A stretch of DNA of 64,000 nt from Thermoanaerobaculia bacterium (GTDB taxonomy: Bacteria > Acidobacteriota > Thermoanaerobaculia > UBA5066). Shown piece by piece: positions 1 through 10,236 of the stretch (within the stretch, counting starts at the first letter, position 1; each line of letters begins with the position of its first letter). The translations under genes and the position numbers were made by a program. Location: positions 64,001 to 128,000 of the forward strand of contig CAWFJJ010000008.1 in assembly GCA_963816185.1 (NCBI GenBank). Direction: 5' to 3'. Below the pieces are notes generated by a model. That model saw only the letters and a program-made list of their open reading frames with translations, was not told the origin of the DNA and ran no database searches.

Positions 1-218
1 CGCGCGTGTGCCGGATCGTCCTCGTGGCGCCCGAGTCGCCGCGGGCCGAGAAGCCCGAGGCGCTGCGCGTGCGGCTGGGGCGACCGGACCTCGAAACCGC
101 GGGCTCCGTGGCCGAGGGCCTCGCGCGGCTCGAGGAGGCGGAAGCGCACGGCCCGGCTCTCGTCGCGGGGTCGCTCTACCTCGTGGGCGAGGTGCTGCGG
201 CTAAGATCGACGGCGTGA
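1..218 (+). CDS. folC: Folylpolyglutamate synthase/dihydrofolate synthase, C-terminal end (partial)
   Basis: C-terminal motif VAGSLYLVGEV typical of FolC; gene begins upstream of the window. Confidence 0.8.
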   Translation, partial: RVCRIVLVAPESPRAEKPEALRVRLGRPDLETAGSVAEGLARLEEAEAHGPALVAGSLYLVGEVLRLRSTA

Positions 219-1579
219 CCTCGCCTTCTCCCGTCGCGGCTCTCGTCCCCACTCTCACGAAGAGGGATCTCGAAGCCCAGGAAGACACGCGGCTCGCGAT
301 CTACGCCTCGCGCGCGTCGCGCGCCGTCCGGCGGTACCCGGTCGCCGAGGAAGGGAAGACGTACGACTACAGGACGGAGTATCAGCGTGATCGCGACCGC
401 ATCATTCATTCGCGCTCCTTCCGCCGGCTCAAGCACAAGACGCAGGTCTTCATCCCGTTCGAGGGCGACCATTACCGGACGCGCCTCACGCACACGCTCG
501 AGGTCACGCAGATCGCGCGCACGATGGCCCGCGCGCTCGCGCTGAACGAAGACCTCGCCGAAGCGTGTGCGCTCGGCCACGACCTCGGCCACACGCCGTT
601 CGGGCATTCGGGCGAGAAGGTTCTGAACCGCATTCTCACGGGCGGCGAGCCCTCGATCCCGATCGACGCGAAGGTCGCGGCGCACGTCGGAGCGTTCAAG
701 CACAACTACCAGTCCGTGCGCGTCGTCGACGTCCTCGAGAAGCGGTACGAGCACCCCGGCCTCAACCTCACGAACGACACGCGCGAGGGCATCCTGAAGC
801 ACACGACCTGGCGGCGCGACTTCCCGTTTCCCGACGTGGACGCCGAGGGCCTGAACCTCTCCTCCGGCGGCCACCTCGAGTGCCAGGCCGTGGGATGGGC
901 CGACGAGTTCGCCCAGCAGGCGCACGACCTCGAAGACGGCCTCAAGCTCGTGGACTTCGGCAAGGTCCTCGCGCTCTCAGTGTCGCGCGCGGTCGTGGAC
1001 GCGCTGGGCCCCGCCTACACCGCGACGAAAGACAACACGGTGCGACAGGCCATGCTCATCCGCGGGATGATCCACCTCCTCGTCACCGACCTCATCACGG
1101 CCTCGCGCGCCTCGATCGGGAAATGGCTCGAGGCGAGGAAGATCACGACGTCCGAGGAGTTCTACGCCCAGCGCCGCAAGCTCCCGGGCTCGCTCGTCGC
1201 TCCTTCGAAGACGGGCGACCGCTTCTACCAGGAGCTCAAGGAGTTCATCTACCAGAACGTCATCCACAGCTATCGCGTCGCGCGGCACGACGGGCGCGCG
1301 CAGCTCGTCGTCACGACGCTGTTTTCGGCGTGGTACAAGAACCCACGCCTCCTGCCCGACTACGTGCTCCTGCGCTACCGCGACCTCGCGGGTATCCCGT
1401 ACCTCAGGGACGTCCCGCTCAGGCGCCTCGACGCGGAGATCGCGTCGAACTACACGAGGAAGCCGCTTTTTCTGCGTGCGATCGCGGACCACCTGGCCGG
1501 GATGACCGACAGCTACGCCCTCGCCGAGTACGACTCGATGGTGTCCGCTTACCCGCGTCACGCTCCCGAAGGTCCGTGA
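215..1579 (+). CDS. dgt: dGTP triphosphohydrolase (HD family)
   Basis: Motifs RDRDRIIHS, FRRLKHKTQV, RTRLTHTLEV, HDLGHTPFGHSGE, IADHLAGMTD; GTG start overlaps folC stop (GTGA). Confidence 0.92.
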   Translation: MTSPSPVAALVPTLTKRDLEAQEDTRLAIYASRASRAVRRYPVAEEGKTYDYRTEYQRDRDRIIHSRSFRRLKHKTQVFIPFEGDHYRTRLTHTLEVTQIARTMARALALNEDLAEACALGHDLGHTPFGHSGEKVLNRILTGGEPSIPIDAKVAAHVGAFKHNYQSVRVVDVLEKRYEHPGLNLTNDTREGILKHTTWRRDFPFPDVDAEGLNLSSGGHLECQAVGWADEFAQQAHDLEDGLKLVDFGKVLALSVSRAVVDALGPAYTATKDNTVRQAMLIRGMIHLLVTDLITASRASIGKWLEARKITTSEEFYAQRRKLPGSLVAPSKTGDRFYQELKEFIYQNVIHSYRVARHDGRAQLVVTTLFSAWYKNPRLLPDYVLLRYRDLAGIPYLRDVPLRRLDAEIASNYTRKPLFLRAIADHLAGMTDSYALAEYDSMVSAYPRHAPEGP

Positions 1580-1660
1580 CGCGTGAGGCCCGCCGCCGCG
1601 ATACGATCTGCGGCTCTCACAAGGACGTGAGGTGACCCCTCGGGCCAGCACTTCCATTCG

Positions 1661-4600
1661 ATGAAAAAGGCCAATCGCGTCGCAATTGGGCTTGTTCTTG
1701 CCTGGCTTGTGTCTCTGTCGCATCCCGGGATACGCGGGCGTCTTCTGGAAGACGGCGCCGATCGAGGGCCCGAATGTGCCAAACGTCGGGCTGGTCCTCG
1801 GAAACGAGAGCCGGACGCTCGCGTTCGACGGGTCCGGAACCTGGGAGTTCGACGGATCCTCATGGCATCGCATCCGGCTTTACACCGCCTCCGGCACGGA
1901 GACGACACTGCCCGGTCAGCCGTTTTTTCGTGCAGGCCGGTTCTTCGCGCTCGACCGCACGGACCAGTCGCGCATCCGGCTCCTCATGCTCGAAGGTGAC
2001 ACGTGGAAGACCCTCTTCGAGGCAGGCCCGATCGACACCCTTGCCATCGGAGCGACGAAGCTGTATTTCGCGAACGGCGGGTTCGACACCTTCTGTCGTT
2101 CGACGATTTGCTCCGATCCGTACTCCGAAGGGATCAGGATGTTCTCGGTTGCGCTCGGCGACGGGAGCGTCCGCGAGGAGGCGAAGCTCCCGGCCTGCAC
2201 GGGCGAGCTGGACGCGGCGGGGGACGTGCTCTATCTCAGGGCTCTGCCCGCGGGGTGCTCTGGCCCCAGCGCACGGACGCACCTGTCGAGGGTCTCGAAC
2301 AGATATGGCGACGCCTCGACCCCGCTGTACCGCCTAGACGGTGACCGCTGGACGCTGCTTCCCCGGCTCGACGAGCCTTACTACGGGCTGTTCACGACCG
2401 ATCACGATCTCTGGACGATCGGGTCAATCTCTCCGGTCGCCGAACAGATCCGGCGGCTGACGCCGACAGGTCTTTCACCTCCCGTCCTCCTTCCGTCTTC
2501 AGGCGTGTTCTTCGATCGCGAGTTCACGGACTGGAACGGCGAAGTCCTCTACACCACTGGATTCAGCGGCAACAACCTGCTGTACCGCCTGCATAGCGGC
2601 GCCTTCGAGGCCGTCGGCGCGCCCTTCGTCGGAGCTCGCTACTTCGTCGCGGGGAGCCGCCTCTTCGCCGCAGGCGCCGGCTCGGACGTGCAGCTCTTCA
2701 ACGGATCAGGCTGGAGCGCGACGACGGGGATCGAGGGATCTCCGGCGGCGGTGGACGCCTTCCTCGCAGGGGACTCATCGCTTTTTGCCGTCTTTGGCGC
2801 CGAAGTCTGGCGGCGGGACGGAACCGACTGGACCGGGTTGCCGCGGCCGCCCCTCGCGAACAACGTTCCGCGCGGGTTCGTTTTCCAGAACCGGCCGATC
2901 CTCGTGAATGGCTCCCGGTTGCTCGCCTTCGACGGCTCTGCATGGACGGACCTCGGAGCTTTCCAGGCGGACGTGTTCACCACGTCGTACGAATCCGTCC
3001 CTCCCACCGTCATGAAACCGGACGAGTTCTGGATTTCGGCCCAGATGGACGTGCTGCTCCGCTATCGCGACGGCGCCTTCACGACCTTCCACAATCCCGC
3101 GTTCCCGAGCACGGCGCCTGGCGGGGGGTACGAGAACCATCCGACGGCCCACGTTCGCGAGATGGGCGGCTCCATCGTGGTCTTCGGCAGCTCCGGCGAC
3201 GCTTACCGGCTGACCGGGGATGACCCGGAAGCAGGTTTTCGTCCCGGCCTTTCCCGACCTGACGGACTTCTGGCTGCTGGACGGCGCGGCGATCGACGGC
3301 CGAACGTTTCTTTCCGTGCAGCAGAAGCTCGATACCGCGTCCCTTCCGGCATCGCTCATCGAGATGACAGCGTCCGGAACGCGAACGCTGATTGCGGACG
3401 CCGATTACCAGCGCGGGCTAGGCAAAGAACCAGAACGAGGGTTTCCTTGCCGCGTTCGGTGGAGCGTTGCTGCTGGGTGGGCTGTCGGTCACGGACGCAG
3501 GCGTTCTCGCGCAGCGCGCCGATCGGGCCCAGCTCTCCGTGGACCCGAGCGGCCTCTTCGCGACGTCCACGTCCTTCGACGCGAGCTACGCTCCGCACGT
3601 CCGGCTGCTCCTGCCGACGGTCCGTGTCCGGAAGGAGATCGCGGCCTCCGTGGACACGACCGGAGTCGGAGGACAGCGGTACCGGACGACGCTCGTCGTC
3701 GCGAACTTCTCGGAGACGCGAGCCTGTGTCGCCCACGTGCTGCCGGGCGCGGCTTCCTCTCCGGCGTTCGACGTGCCGCTCGCTCCGGGCCGGCAGGTGC
3801 GAGTCGAGGATCCCCTGCCGGGCTTCGTCGGGCCTCTGTCCGTCGAGTTCGAAGGCCTCGAGGACGACCGCGACGCGTTCGCGGCCGTGCGTGTCTGGAA
3901 CCCGGCGGGGGATGGGACCGCGGGCGCGACGCTCGTGGGACGCGATTCGGGCAGCTCCACAGGCTGGACCCCACTGCTCCCTCCCGCCGAGCGGGCCGGC
4001 TCTCGCCTGCACCTCGCGACGTCGGCCGCGGCCGACGGACCCGGACAGGCCCAGAACGCGGCGAACTATGGAACCGATCCGCCCTCTCCCCTCGCAGTGC
4101 CGTCCGGGACCCTCGTTCAGGTCGACCCCACGGCCGCGAACCTGAACAAGATCCTCTATGTCGGGCAACTCGGCAGCGTGCCGAGCGACGACGTCCTCGG
4201 CTATTGCGTGAGGAACGACCCCGGTGTTGAAGACGTGACGGTCGTGAGCGCGGAGCCGCCGGGCACGATCCCGACGCAGCTCGTGCGATTTCTGCCCGTG
4301 GTCGTGTCCGTCACGTCCGCGTACGCGAGCTATCGGACGGAGCTGTCGCTCGGCCGGGCCGCGTTCGTTGCCTTTCTGCCGAAGAGAGCGACGTTCAACG
4401 TGACATGGAAGCCCGCCGGGCAGACGGACGCCTTCTCCTTCCGAGTGGACCTCGACGAGGGCGAGGTTCTGCACATCCCCGATGCGATCGCCTGGGTCGC
4501 ATCGAACGGCGCCGTCCTTCCCCCCGGGAACATCGAAGGCACGCTCACGTTTTCCAGCGACGACTCGGAGGGCGCCTCTGCGCTTCTCGTCAACGCGGTC

Positions 4601-5004
4601 GTCCTCGCGAAGCCGAACGGCTCTTCGGCCGAGTACGGCACGTTCGTTCCCGTCTACGCCGAGGGGCGGTGGGCCCGTGCGCGCGCGGTCGTACCCGGGC
4701 TCCTCGAGTCGGACGCCTTCCGCTCGAACGTCGCCGTCGCGAACCCGGAGAGAGAGGGCGGCCCGTCCACCACACTTTCGGTGGAATTGCGCTCGGCGGA
4801 GGGCTTGCGAGTCGGGACGCTTCCCTCCGTGACGCTTCGGCCCGGCGAGCGTCGGCAGTTCAACGGCCGCTCGCGCCGCGGATCGGTGACGCGTATGCCG
4901 TCGTCACGCGTGTCGCCGGCGAGGGGCGGTTCGTCGCGTACGGCGTCGTGAACGACAACGCGACCGGGAGCGGTTCCGTCTTCGAGATGACGCGGGCGGA
5001 ATGA
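1661..5004 (+). CDS. Large secreted beta-propeller-like protein with C-terminal Ig-like repeats (frameshifted, about 4 indels)
   Basis: Signal peptide in ORF at 1661; repeated (F/Y)DGxxW blades in ORF 1686; pieces continue in ORFs 3220, 3467 and 4405, ending AYGVVNDNATGSGSVFEMTRAE. Confidence 0.65.
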
Positions 5005-5012
5005 GCCGCCCT

Positions 5013-5021
5013 TGATAGGAT
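5013..5021 (+). promoter_or_regulatory. Putative extended -10 promoter for glyA
   Basis: TG-a-TAGGAT followed by GGAGG RBS before ATG 5040. Confidence 0.35.
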
Positions 5022-5039
5022 CGTCGCCCTGGAGGATCC

Positions 5040-6323
5040 ATGTCGACGACCGCCAGCCGCCCCGCCACGCTCATCAACCGGTCTCTTGCCGAGACCGATC
5101 CCGAGATCGCCCGCATCATCGCCGCCGAGCTCGCGCGGCAGCGTGAGGGGATCGAGCTCATCGCCTCCGAGAACTTCACGTCCCGCGCCGTCCTGGAGGC
5201 GGTCGGCTCGGTGCTCACGAACAAGTACGCCGAGGGCTATCCCGGAAGGCGCTACTACGGCGGGTGCGAGTTCGTGGATCAGTCCGAGTCCCTCGTCATC
5301 TCGCGCGCGAAGGCGCTCTTCTCGCCCGGCAACCCCGATGCGATCCACGTGAACGCCCAGCCGCACGCCGGCTCGCAGGCGAACGCGGCCGTCTACATGG
5401 CCTGCCTGAAACCCGGCGACACCCTCCTCGGCATGTCGCTCGCGCACGGAGGCCACCTGACCCACGGCCACCCGCTCAACGTCTCCGGGAAGCTCTACCA
5501 CGTCGTGGCCTACGGCGTGAGGAAGGACACGGAGGTCATCGACTTCGACGAGCTTCGTGCGATCGCCGAGCGCGAGAAGCCGAAGCTCATCGTGGCGGGC
5601 GCCTCGGCGTACCCGCGCACGCTCGACTTCCCGAAGTTCCGCGAGATCGCCGACGCCGTCGGCGCGCTGCTCATGGTCGACATGGCTCACATCGCAGGGC
5701 TCGTGGCGACGGGCCTCCACCCTTCGCCCGTCGGCCACGCGCACTTCGTGACGACGACGACGCACAAGACGCTGCGCGGCCCGCGCGCGGGCCTCATCCT
5801 CTGCACGCCCGAGTGGGCCAAGGAGATCGACAGGGCCGTTTTTCCGGGCCAGCAAGGCGGCCCGCTCGAGCACGTCATCGCGGCCAAGGCCGTCGCGCTC
5901 AAGGAGGCGATGGAGCCGGAGTTCGCGCGGTACATGAAACAGGTCGTCACGAACACCCGTGTCCTTTCGGAAGCCGTGGCCGCGAAAGGCTTCCGGATCG
6001 TCTCCGGCGGGACCGACAATCACCTCTTCCTCGTCGACGTCGGAAAGAAGGGGCTGACGGGGAAGGTCTGCGAGAAGGCGCTGGACGCCGCCGGGATCAC
6101 GGTGAACAAGAACACGATTCCCTTCGACCCGAACCCGCCGCTCGTCACGTCGGGCCTTCGCATCGGGACGCCCGCCGTCACGACGCGCGGAATGGGCGTG
6201 ACGGAGATGAAGACCATCGCCGGCTGGATCGGGGAGGTGCTCGACGCCCCCGAGGACGCGGCCATCCAGGCGCGCGTCAAGGGGAAGGTCAAGGAGCTGA
6301 CGGCGGCGTTCCCGCTCTACTGA
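5040..6323 (+). CDS. glyA: Serine hydroxymethyltransferase
   Basis: [33 protein letters not shown] (PLP lysine). Confidence 0.98.
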   Translation: MSTTASRPATLINRSLAETDPEIARIIAAELARQREGIELIASENFTSRAVLEAVGSVLTNKYAEGYPGRRYYGGCEFVDQSESLVISRAKALFSPGNPDAIHVNAQPHAGSQANAAVYMACLKPGDTLLGMSLAHGGHLTHGHPLNVSGKLYHVVAYGVRKDTEVIDFDELRAIAEREKPKLIVAGASAYPRTLDFPKFREIADAVGALLMVDMAHIAGLVATGLHPSPVGHAHFVTTTTHKTLRGPRAGLILCTPEWAKEIDRAVFPGQQGGPLEHVIAAKAVALKEAMEPEFARYMKQVVTNTRVLSEAVAAKGFRIVSGGTDNHLFLVDVGKKGLTGKVCEKALDAAGITVNKNTIPFDPNPPLVTSGLRIGTPAVTTRGMGVTEMKTIAGWIGEVLDAPEDAAIQARVKGKVKELTAAFPLY

Positions 6324-6348
6324 CGCGTCTCCGCGGCGCCCTGCGGAA

Positions 6349-7124
6349 CTACCGGCGCGCAGCCGCAGCCGGATGCGGAAGAGCTCGAGGTACGCCTGCG
6401 CGCCGCCGAAGAGTGTCACGCGCGAGTCGGCCGAGTTGAACCACAGGACGGGCACCTCGGCGATCGGATAGCCGAGGCCGCGCGCCAGGGCGAGCGCCTC
6501 GACGTCGAAGGCGAAGCGGTCGACGCGGGCGCGGCCGAAGATCGCCCGCGCGGCTTCCCGCGAGAAGAGCTTGAAGCCGCACTGCGTGTCGCGGATGCCG
6601 GGGACGAGAAGCATGCGCACGAGCCGGTTGAAGAGCTTGCCCATGGCGCTTCGGCCGAGCGACTGGCGCTCCTTCACGAGTGACTCGTCGACGGCGCGCG
6701 AGCCGATCGCGACCGGTGCGTTCGCGGACGCGAGCTTCTCCCACTCGTAGATGGGCGTCGAGAAATCCGCGTCCGACACGAGAATGAGGCGGCCGGCGGC
6801 TTCGAGACATCCGGTACGGACCGCGAAGCCCTTGCCGCTGTTCTTCGGAAGGCGGATGACGCGAAGGTCGAGGCCGTGGCGGCGTCCCGCGTCCTCGGCG
6901 CGCTCGGCGGTCGCGTCGGAGGAGCCGTCGTCCACGACGAGGACCTCCACGCGGGGTGCCGACGGCCGGGCGGCGAGATAGGCCGAGACCGCCCCGAGGG
7001 AGGCGGGCAGCCGCTTCTCCTCGTTGAAGGCGGGGATGACGATCGACAGGTCGACGCCACGCACCGATTCCGTCCGGGCGGGCGCGGCTTGCGTTCCGAA
7101 AGCCGGACTTTCGCGTGTCGCCAT
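6349..7124 (-). CDS. GT2 polyprenyl-phosphate glycosyltransferase (DPG synthase-like); stop probably displaced by an indel
   Basis: SIVIPAFNEE, VVDDGSSD, NSGKGFAV, DAD, DTQCGFKLF, FAFDVE; in-frame stop absent, TAG at 6349 lies in an adjacent frame. Confidence 0.85.
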
Positions 7125-7825
7125 CACGACGGCCGCGCCTCGTAGACGAACTGATAAGCGAAGAGCGTGGGCGCGAGGGTCGTAGCGGCGAGCGCGGCCG
7201 CGCGCACGACGCCGGCAAGAGGCGGGCGCGAGAGCGTGGGCACGGCGAGCTCGATGGGCATTGCGGTCGCGTCGATCGAGAGGACGCGATACCCGTTCTC
7301 CTCGAGGAGGGCGCGACCCGTGGCCCGCGTGAAGAAACGCAGATGCGTGCGGTCGAGGATGCCGCGGGGCGCGTATCGGAAACGGCCGAGAAGAAGGCCG
7401 AACCGCACGGTGACGTTCGCGACGTTCGGGAGCGAGAGCAGGAGAATTCCGTCCGGCTTCAGGAGGCGCTTCAGAGAGCCCAGGAGGGCCTCGGGACGCG
7501 GCAGATGCTCCATGACGTCGCCGGCCACGATCACGTCGAAAGGCTCCTTCCACGGCCCGGAAATTCCTTCGAGAAGGTCGCCGGTCACGGGGTCGTCGAA
7601 GAACGGAGCGCCTTCCTTCGCCGCTTCGGGGTCGAGCTCGACGCCGGCGAGGTACCGGCATGCCGGGCGGACGCGCCGCGCGAGAAGGCCTGCGCCGAAG
7701 CCGAGGTCGAGAACGGCGAGGTCCTTTCCGCGTGAAAGAACCTTCTCGAGGAGGAGCAGGTGCGAAGAGCCCGGGATCTCTTTCCAGGGGTATCGCTGCG
7801 CCTCGAGCGATGCGGTGTACCTCAG
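7124..7825 (-). CDS. Class I SAM-dependent methyltransferase (glycan-associated type); start uncertain
   Basis: VLDLGFGAG motif I, GDVMEHL, GILDRTHLRFFT; no canonical start upstream of motif I, CTG overlaps the nadE stop. Confidence 0.8.
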   Translation of the reverse strand: MRYTASLEAQRYPWKEIPGSSHLLLLEKVLSRGKDLAVLDLGFGAGLLARRVRPACRYLAGVELDPEAAKEGAPFFDDPVTGDLLEGISGPWKEPFDVIVAGDVMEHLPRPEALLGSLKRLLKPDGILLLSLPNVANVTVRFGLLLGRFRYAPRGILDRTHLRFFTRATGRALLEENGYRVLSIDATAMPIELAVPTLSRPPLAGVVRAAALAATTLAPTLFAYQFVYEARPS

Positions 7826-9516
7826 AGCGGCGCCCTCTGAGCGATCGGAATCCGGCGGCCGCTGCCGAACGCCTTCGCCGAGACCTTCAGGCCGGGCGCC
7901 ATCTGCTTGCGCTTGTACTCGGCGCGGTCCACCAGCCGCGCGATCTCCTTCACGAGCGCGAGCGGCACGTGCGCCCGCCGGGACGCGGCCTCGACGGAAA
8001 GGTTCCGCTCCACGAGGCCCTCGAGAATCGCGTCGAGGCGCGGATACGGCGGAAGTGAGTCCTGGTCGCACTGGCCGGGCCGCAGCTCGGCCGAGCACGC
8101 CTTCGCGAGCGACGCCTCCGGGATGAGCGCGCCTCGCGCCCGCGCGTTGAGATGCCCCGCGAGCGCGTAAACGCGCATCTTCGGGAGGTCCGAGATCGGC
8201 GCGAGCCCGCCGCACATGTCGCCATAGAGCGTGCAATAGCCCACGGCGAGCTCGCTCTTGTTCCCGGTCGTGAGGACGAGCGGTCCCTTCTTGTTCGAGA
8301 CCGCCATGACGAGGAGGCCTCGGAGGCGCGACTGGATGTTCTCCTCGGTGACGTCCTCCGCGAGGCCGCCGAACAACGGCGCGAGCGTCCGCCGGGCCTC
8401 GTCGAAGAGCGTGTCGATCGGCAGGATCTCGAAGCGGATGCCGAGGTTCTGCGCGAGCGCGCGCGCGTCCGTGATCGACCCCTCGGAGGAGTAGGGCGAC
8501 GGCATCCCGAGCCCCGTCACGTTCTCCCTTCCGAGCGCCTCGACCGCGAGCGCCGCGACGAGCGCCGAATCGATTCCCCCCGAAAGGCCGAGCACCGCCG
8601 TCGTGAAGCCGCATTTCCTAGCGTAATCGCGGATGCCGAGGACGAGCGCGCGCCGGAGCGACTCGAGCGGGTCGCCGCCGGCATCGTCGGCAAAGTCGCA
8701 CGCCTTCAGTCCCGAGACCGGGACGGCGCGCGCGGGCCCCCGGCCCTCGCGCACGACGTCCACGACCACGAAGTCCTCCTCGAACTTCGCGGCGCGCGCC
8801 ACGATGCGACCGCGACCGTCCAGAACCATCGAGTCGCCGTCGAAGACGAGCTCGTCGTTCCCTCCCACGAGGTTGAGAGACGCCACGGGGATGCGGCCGT
8901 CGCGCGCGTAGCGGGCCAGCATCCGGCGCCGAAGGCGGGGCTTCCCTTCCGAGAAGGGCGACGCGGAGATCGCGACCACGAGCGTCGCGCCGCGCTTCAC
9001 GAGCGTTTCTCCCGGGTCGTCGTGATACAGGCGCCTCTGCCTCCAGAAATCCTTGTCGTTCCAGAGGTCCTCACAGACGGGCAATCCGATCCGCTCCCCG
9101 CGGAAAGGGAGGACGATGCAGCCGTTGCCCGGCTCGAACCAGCGCCCTTCGTCGAAGACGTCGTATGTCGGCAGGAGCGTCTTCTTCGCGAGGACCTTGA
9201 CGCGGCCGCCGTCGAGCAGAGCCGAGACGTTGTGGAACGGCTTGCCGACGCGGTTCCGGTTCGGCACGAACGTTCCGACCAGGAGCGCGGTCCGGCGCGT
9301 GCGTCGCGCGAGGGACGAGAGAGCGCGCGCGGCCTCGCGCGCGAACGACGGGCGTTCCAGGAGGTCGCGCGGCGGGTAGCCGCAGACGGCGAGCTCGGGA
9401 AATACGGCCAGATCCGCCCGAGCTCCTTCGGCCCGGTTCAGTCCCTCGAGGATCCGGGCCGTGTTGCCCGCGAAGTCCCCGATAGTCGTGTCGATCTGGC
9501 AAAGCGCGAGGCGCAC
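7822..9516 (-). CDS. nadE: Glutamine-dependent NAD+ synthetase
   Basis: Nitrilase-fold N-terminus (FPELAVCGYPP, CEDLW) plus GLSGGIDS, TGNKSE, GYCTLYGD. Confidence 0.96.
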   Translation of the reverse strand: MRLALCQIDTTIGDFAGNTARILEGLNRAEGARADLAVFPELAVCGYPPRDLLERPSFAREAARALSSLARRTRRTALLVGTFVPNRNRVGKPFHNVSALLDGGRVKVLAKKTLLPTYDVFDEGRWFEPGNGCIVLPFRGERIGLPVCEDLWNDKDFWRQRRLYHDDPGETLVKRGATLVVAISASPFSEGKPRLRRRMLARYARDGRIPVASLNLVGGNDELVFDGDSMVLDGRGRIVARAAKFEEDFVVVDVVREGRGPARAVPVSGLKACDFADDAGGDPLESLRRALVLGIRDYARKCGFTTAVLGLSGGIDSALVAALAVEALGRENVTGLGMPSPYSSEGSITDARALAQNLGIRFEILPIDTLFDEARRTLAPLFGGLAEDVTEENIQSRLRGLLVMAVSNKKGPLVLTTGNKSELAVGYCTLYGDMCGGLAPISDLPKMRVYALAGHLNARARGALIPEASLAKACSAELRPGQCDQDSLPPYPRLDAILEGLVERNLSVEAASRRAHVPLALVKEIARLVDRAEYKRKQMAPGLKVSAKAFGSGRRIPIAQRAPL

Positions 9517-9524
9517 GGCGCTCC

Positions 9525-10223
9525 CTACGGAAGGCCGGAGGGCTCGGCGGCCTCCACGGGCTCGATCGTCGTCCGCGACACGAGGTCCGCGAGCGTTCGG
9601 CCGCGGCGGTCGAACGCAGCGACGAGCAGGGGCACGCCCGCGAGCGCGCCGGTCAGAAGAAAACCCACGAAGCGCAGCAGGGCCGCGTAGAGCGTGGGCG
9701 AGCCGCCGTCCTCGGCGCAAATCCTCAGGTCGGCGAGCGCCATGCCGGGCGTCGTGCCCCAGACGAAAGGCGCGAGAACGAGGAGGACGAGAGCCGCGAG
9801 AAGGAGGAAGGCCGCGAGCGGGAGGAATGCGGCGGGCGGAAAGCGCAGATCGAGGAGCAGCGCGCCGGCGGCGAGCTCGACTGCGCCGACGAGGGCGAGG
9901 ATGAGGAGATCGGCGAGGCCCGCCGCGACGCGCCGCGCGAACGCGACCGCGCGCCGACCTTCGGGCTCGGCGCCGGCAGGCTCGGGCTCGGAGAACATCG
10001 GTGCGCCGGCCTTGGACGCCTCGCGAGCCGCCGGCTCCCGAGGCGCCACGGCGGGAGCGGGCGTTTCGACCGGCTCTTTGGAGGCGCTCTCTTCGGGAGG
10101 GCCGAAGGGTTTCTCGGAGGCGTTCGGAAAGAGCTCGAGCGTCGTGTGCGGCGAGGAGCGCCGACGCGGAGGGTCGGGAACGAGCGGATGTTCGGCGAGC
10201 GGGTCGCGCGGCGGCTCGGACAT
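9525..10223 (-). CDS. RDD family membrane protein
   Basis: RRVAAGLADL, GTTPGMALADLRI, RTLADLVSRT; three hydrophobic segments. Confidence 0.8.
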   Translation of the reverse strand: MSEPPRDPLAEHPLVPDPPRRRSSPHTTLELFPNASEKPFGPPEESASKEPVETPAPAVAPREPAAREASKAGAPMFSEPEPAGAEPEGRRAVAFARRVAAGLADLLILALVGAVELAAGALLLDLRFPPAAFLPLAAFLLLAALVLLVLAPFVWGTTPGMALADLRICAEDGGSPTLYAALLRFVGFLLTGALAGVPLLVAAFDRRGRTLADLVSRTTIEPVEAAEPSGLP

Positions 10224-10236
10224 GTCGCGTCCGGCC

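Noticed and set aside
215-1579. Anti-phage dGTPase
   Set aside because: Translationally coupled to folC in a core-gene context with no defence neighbours.
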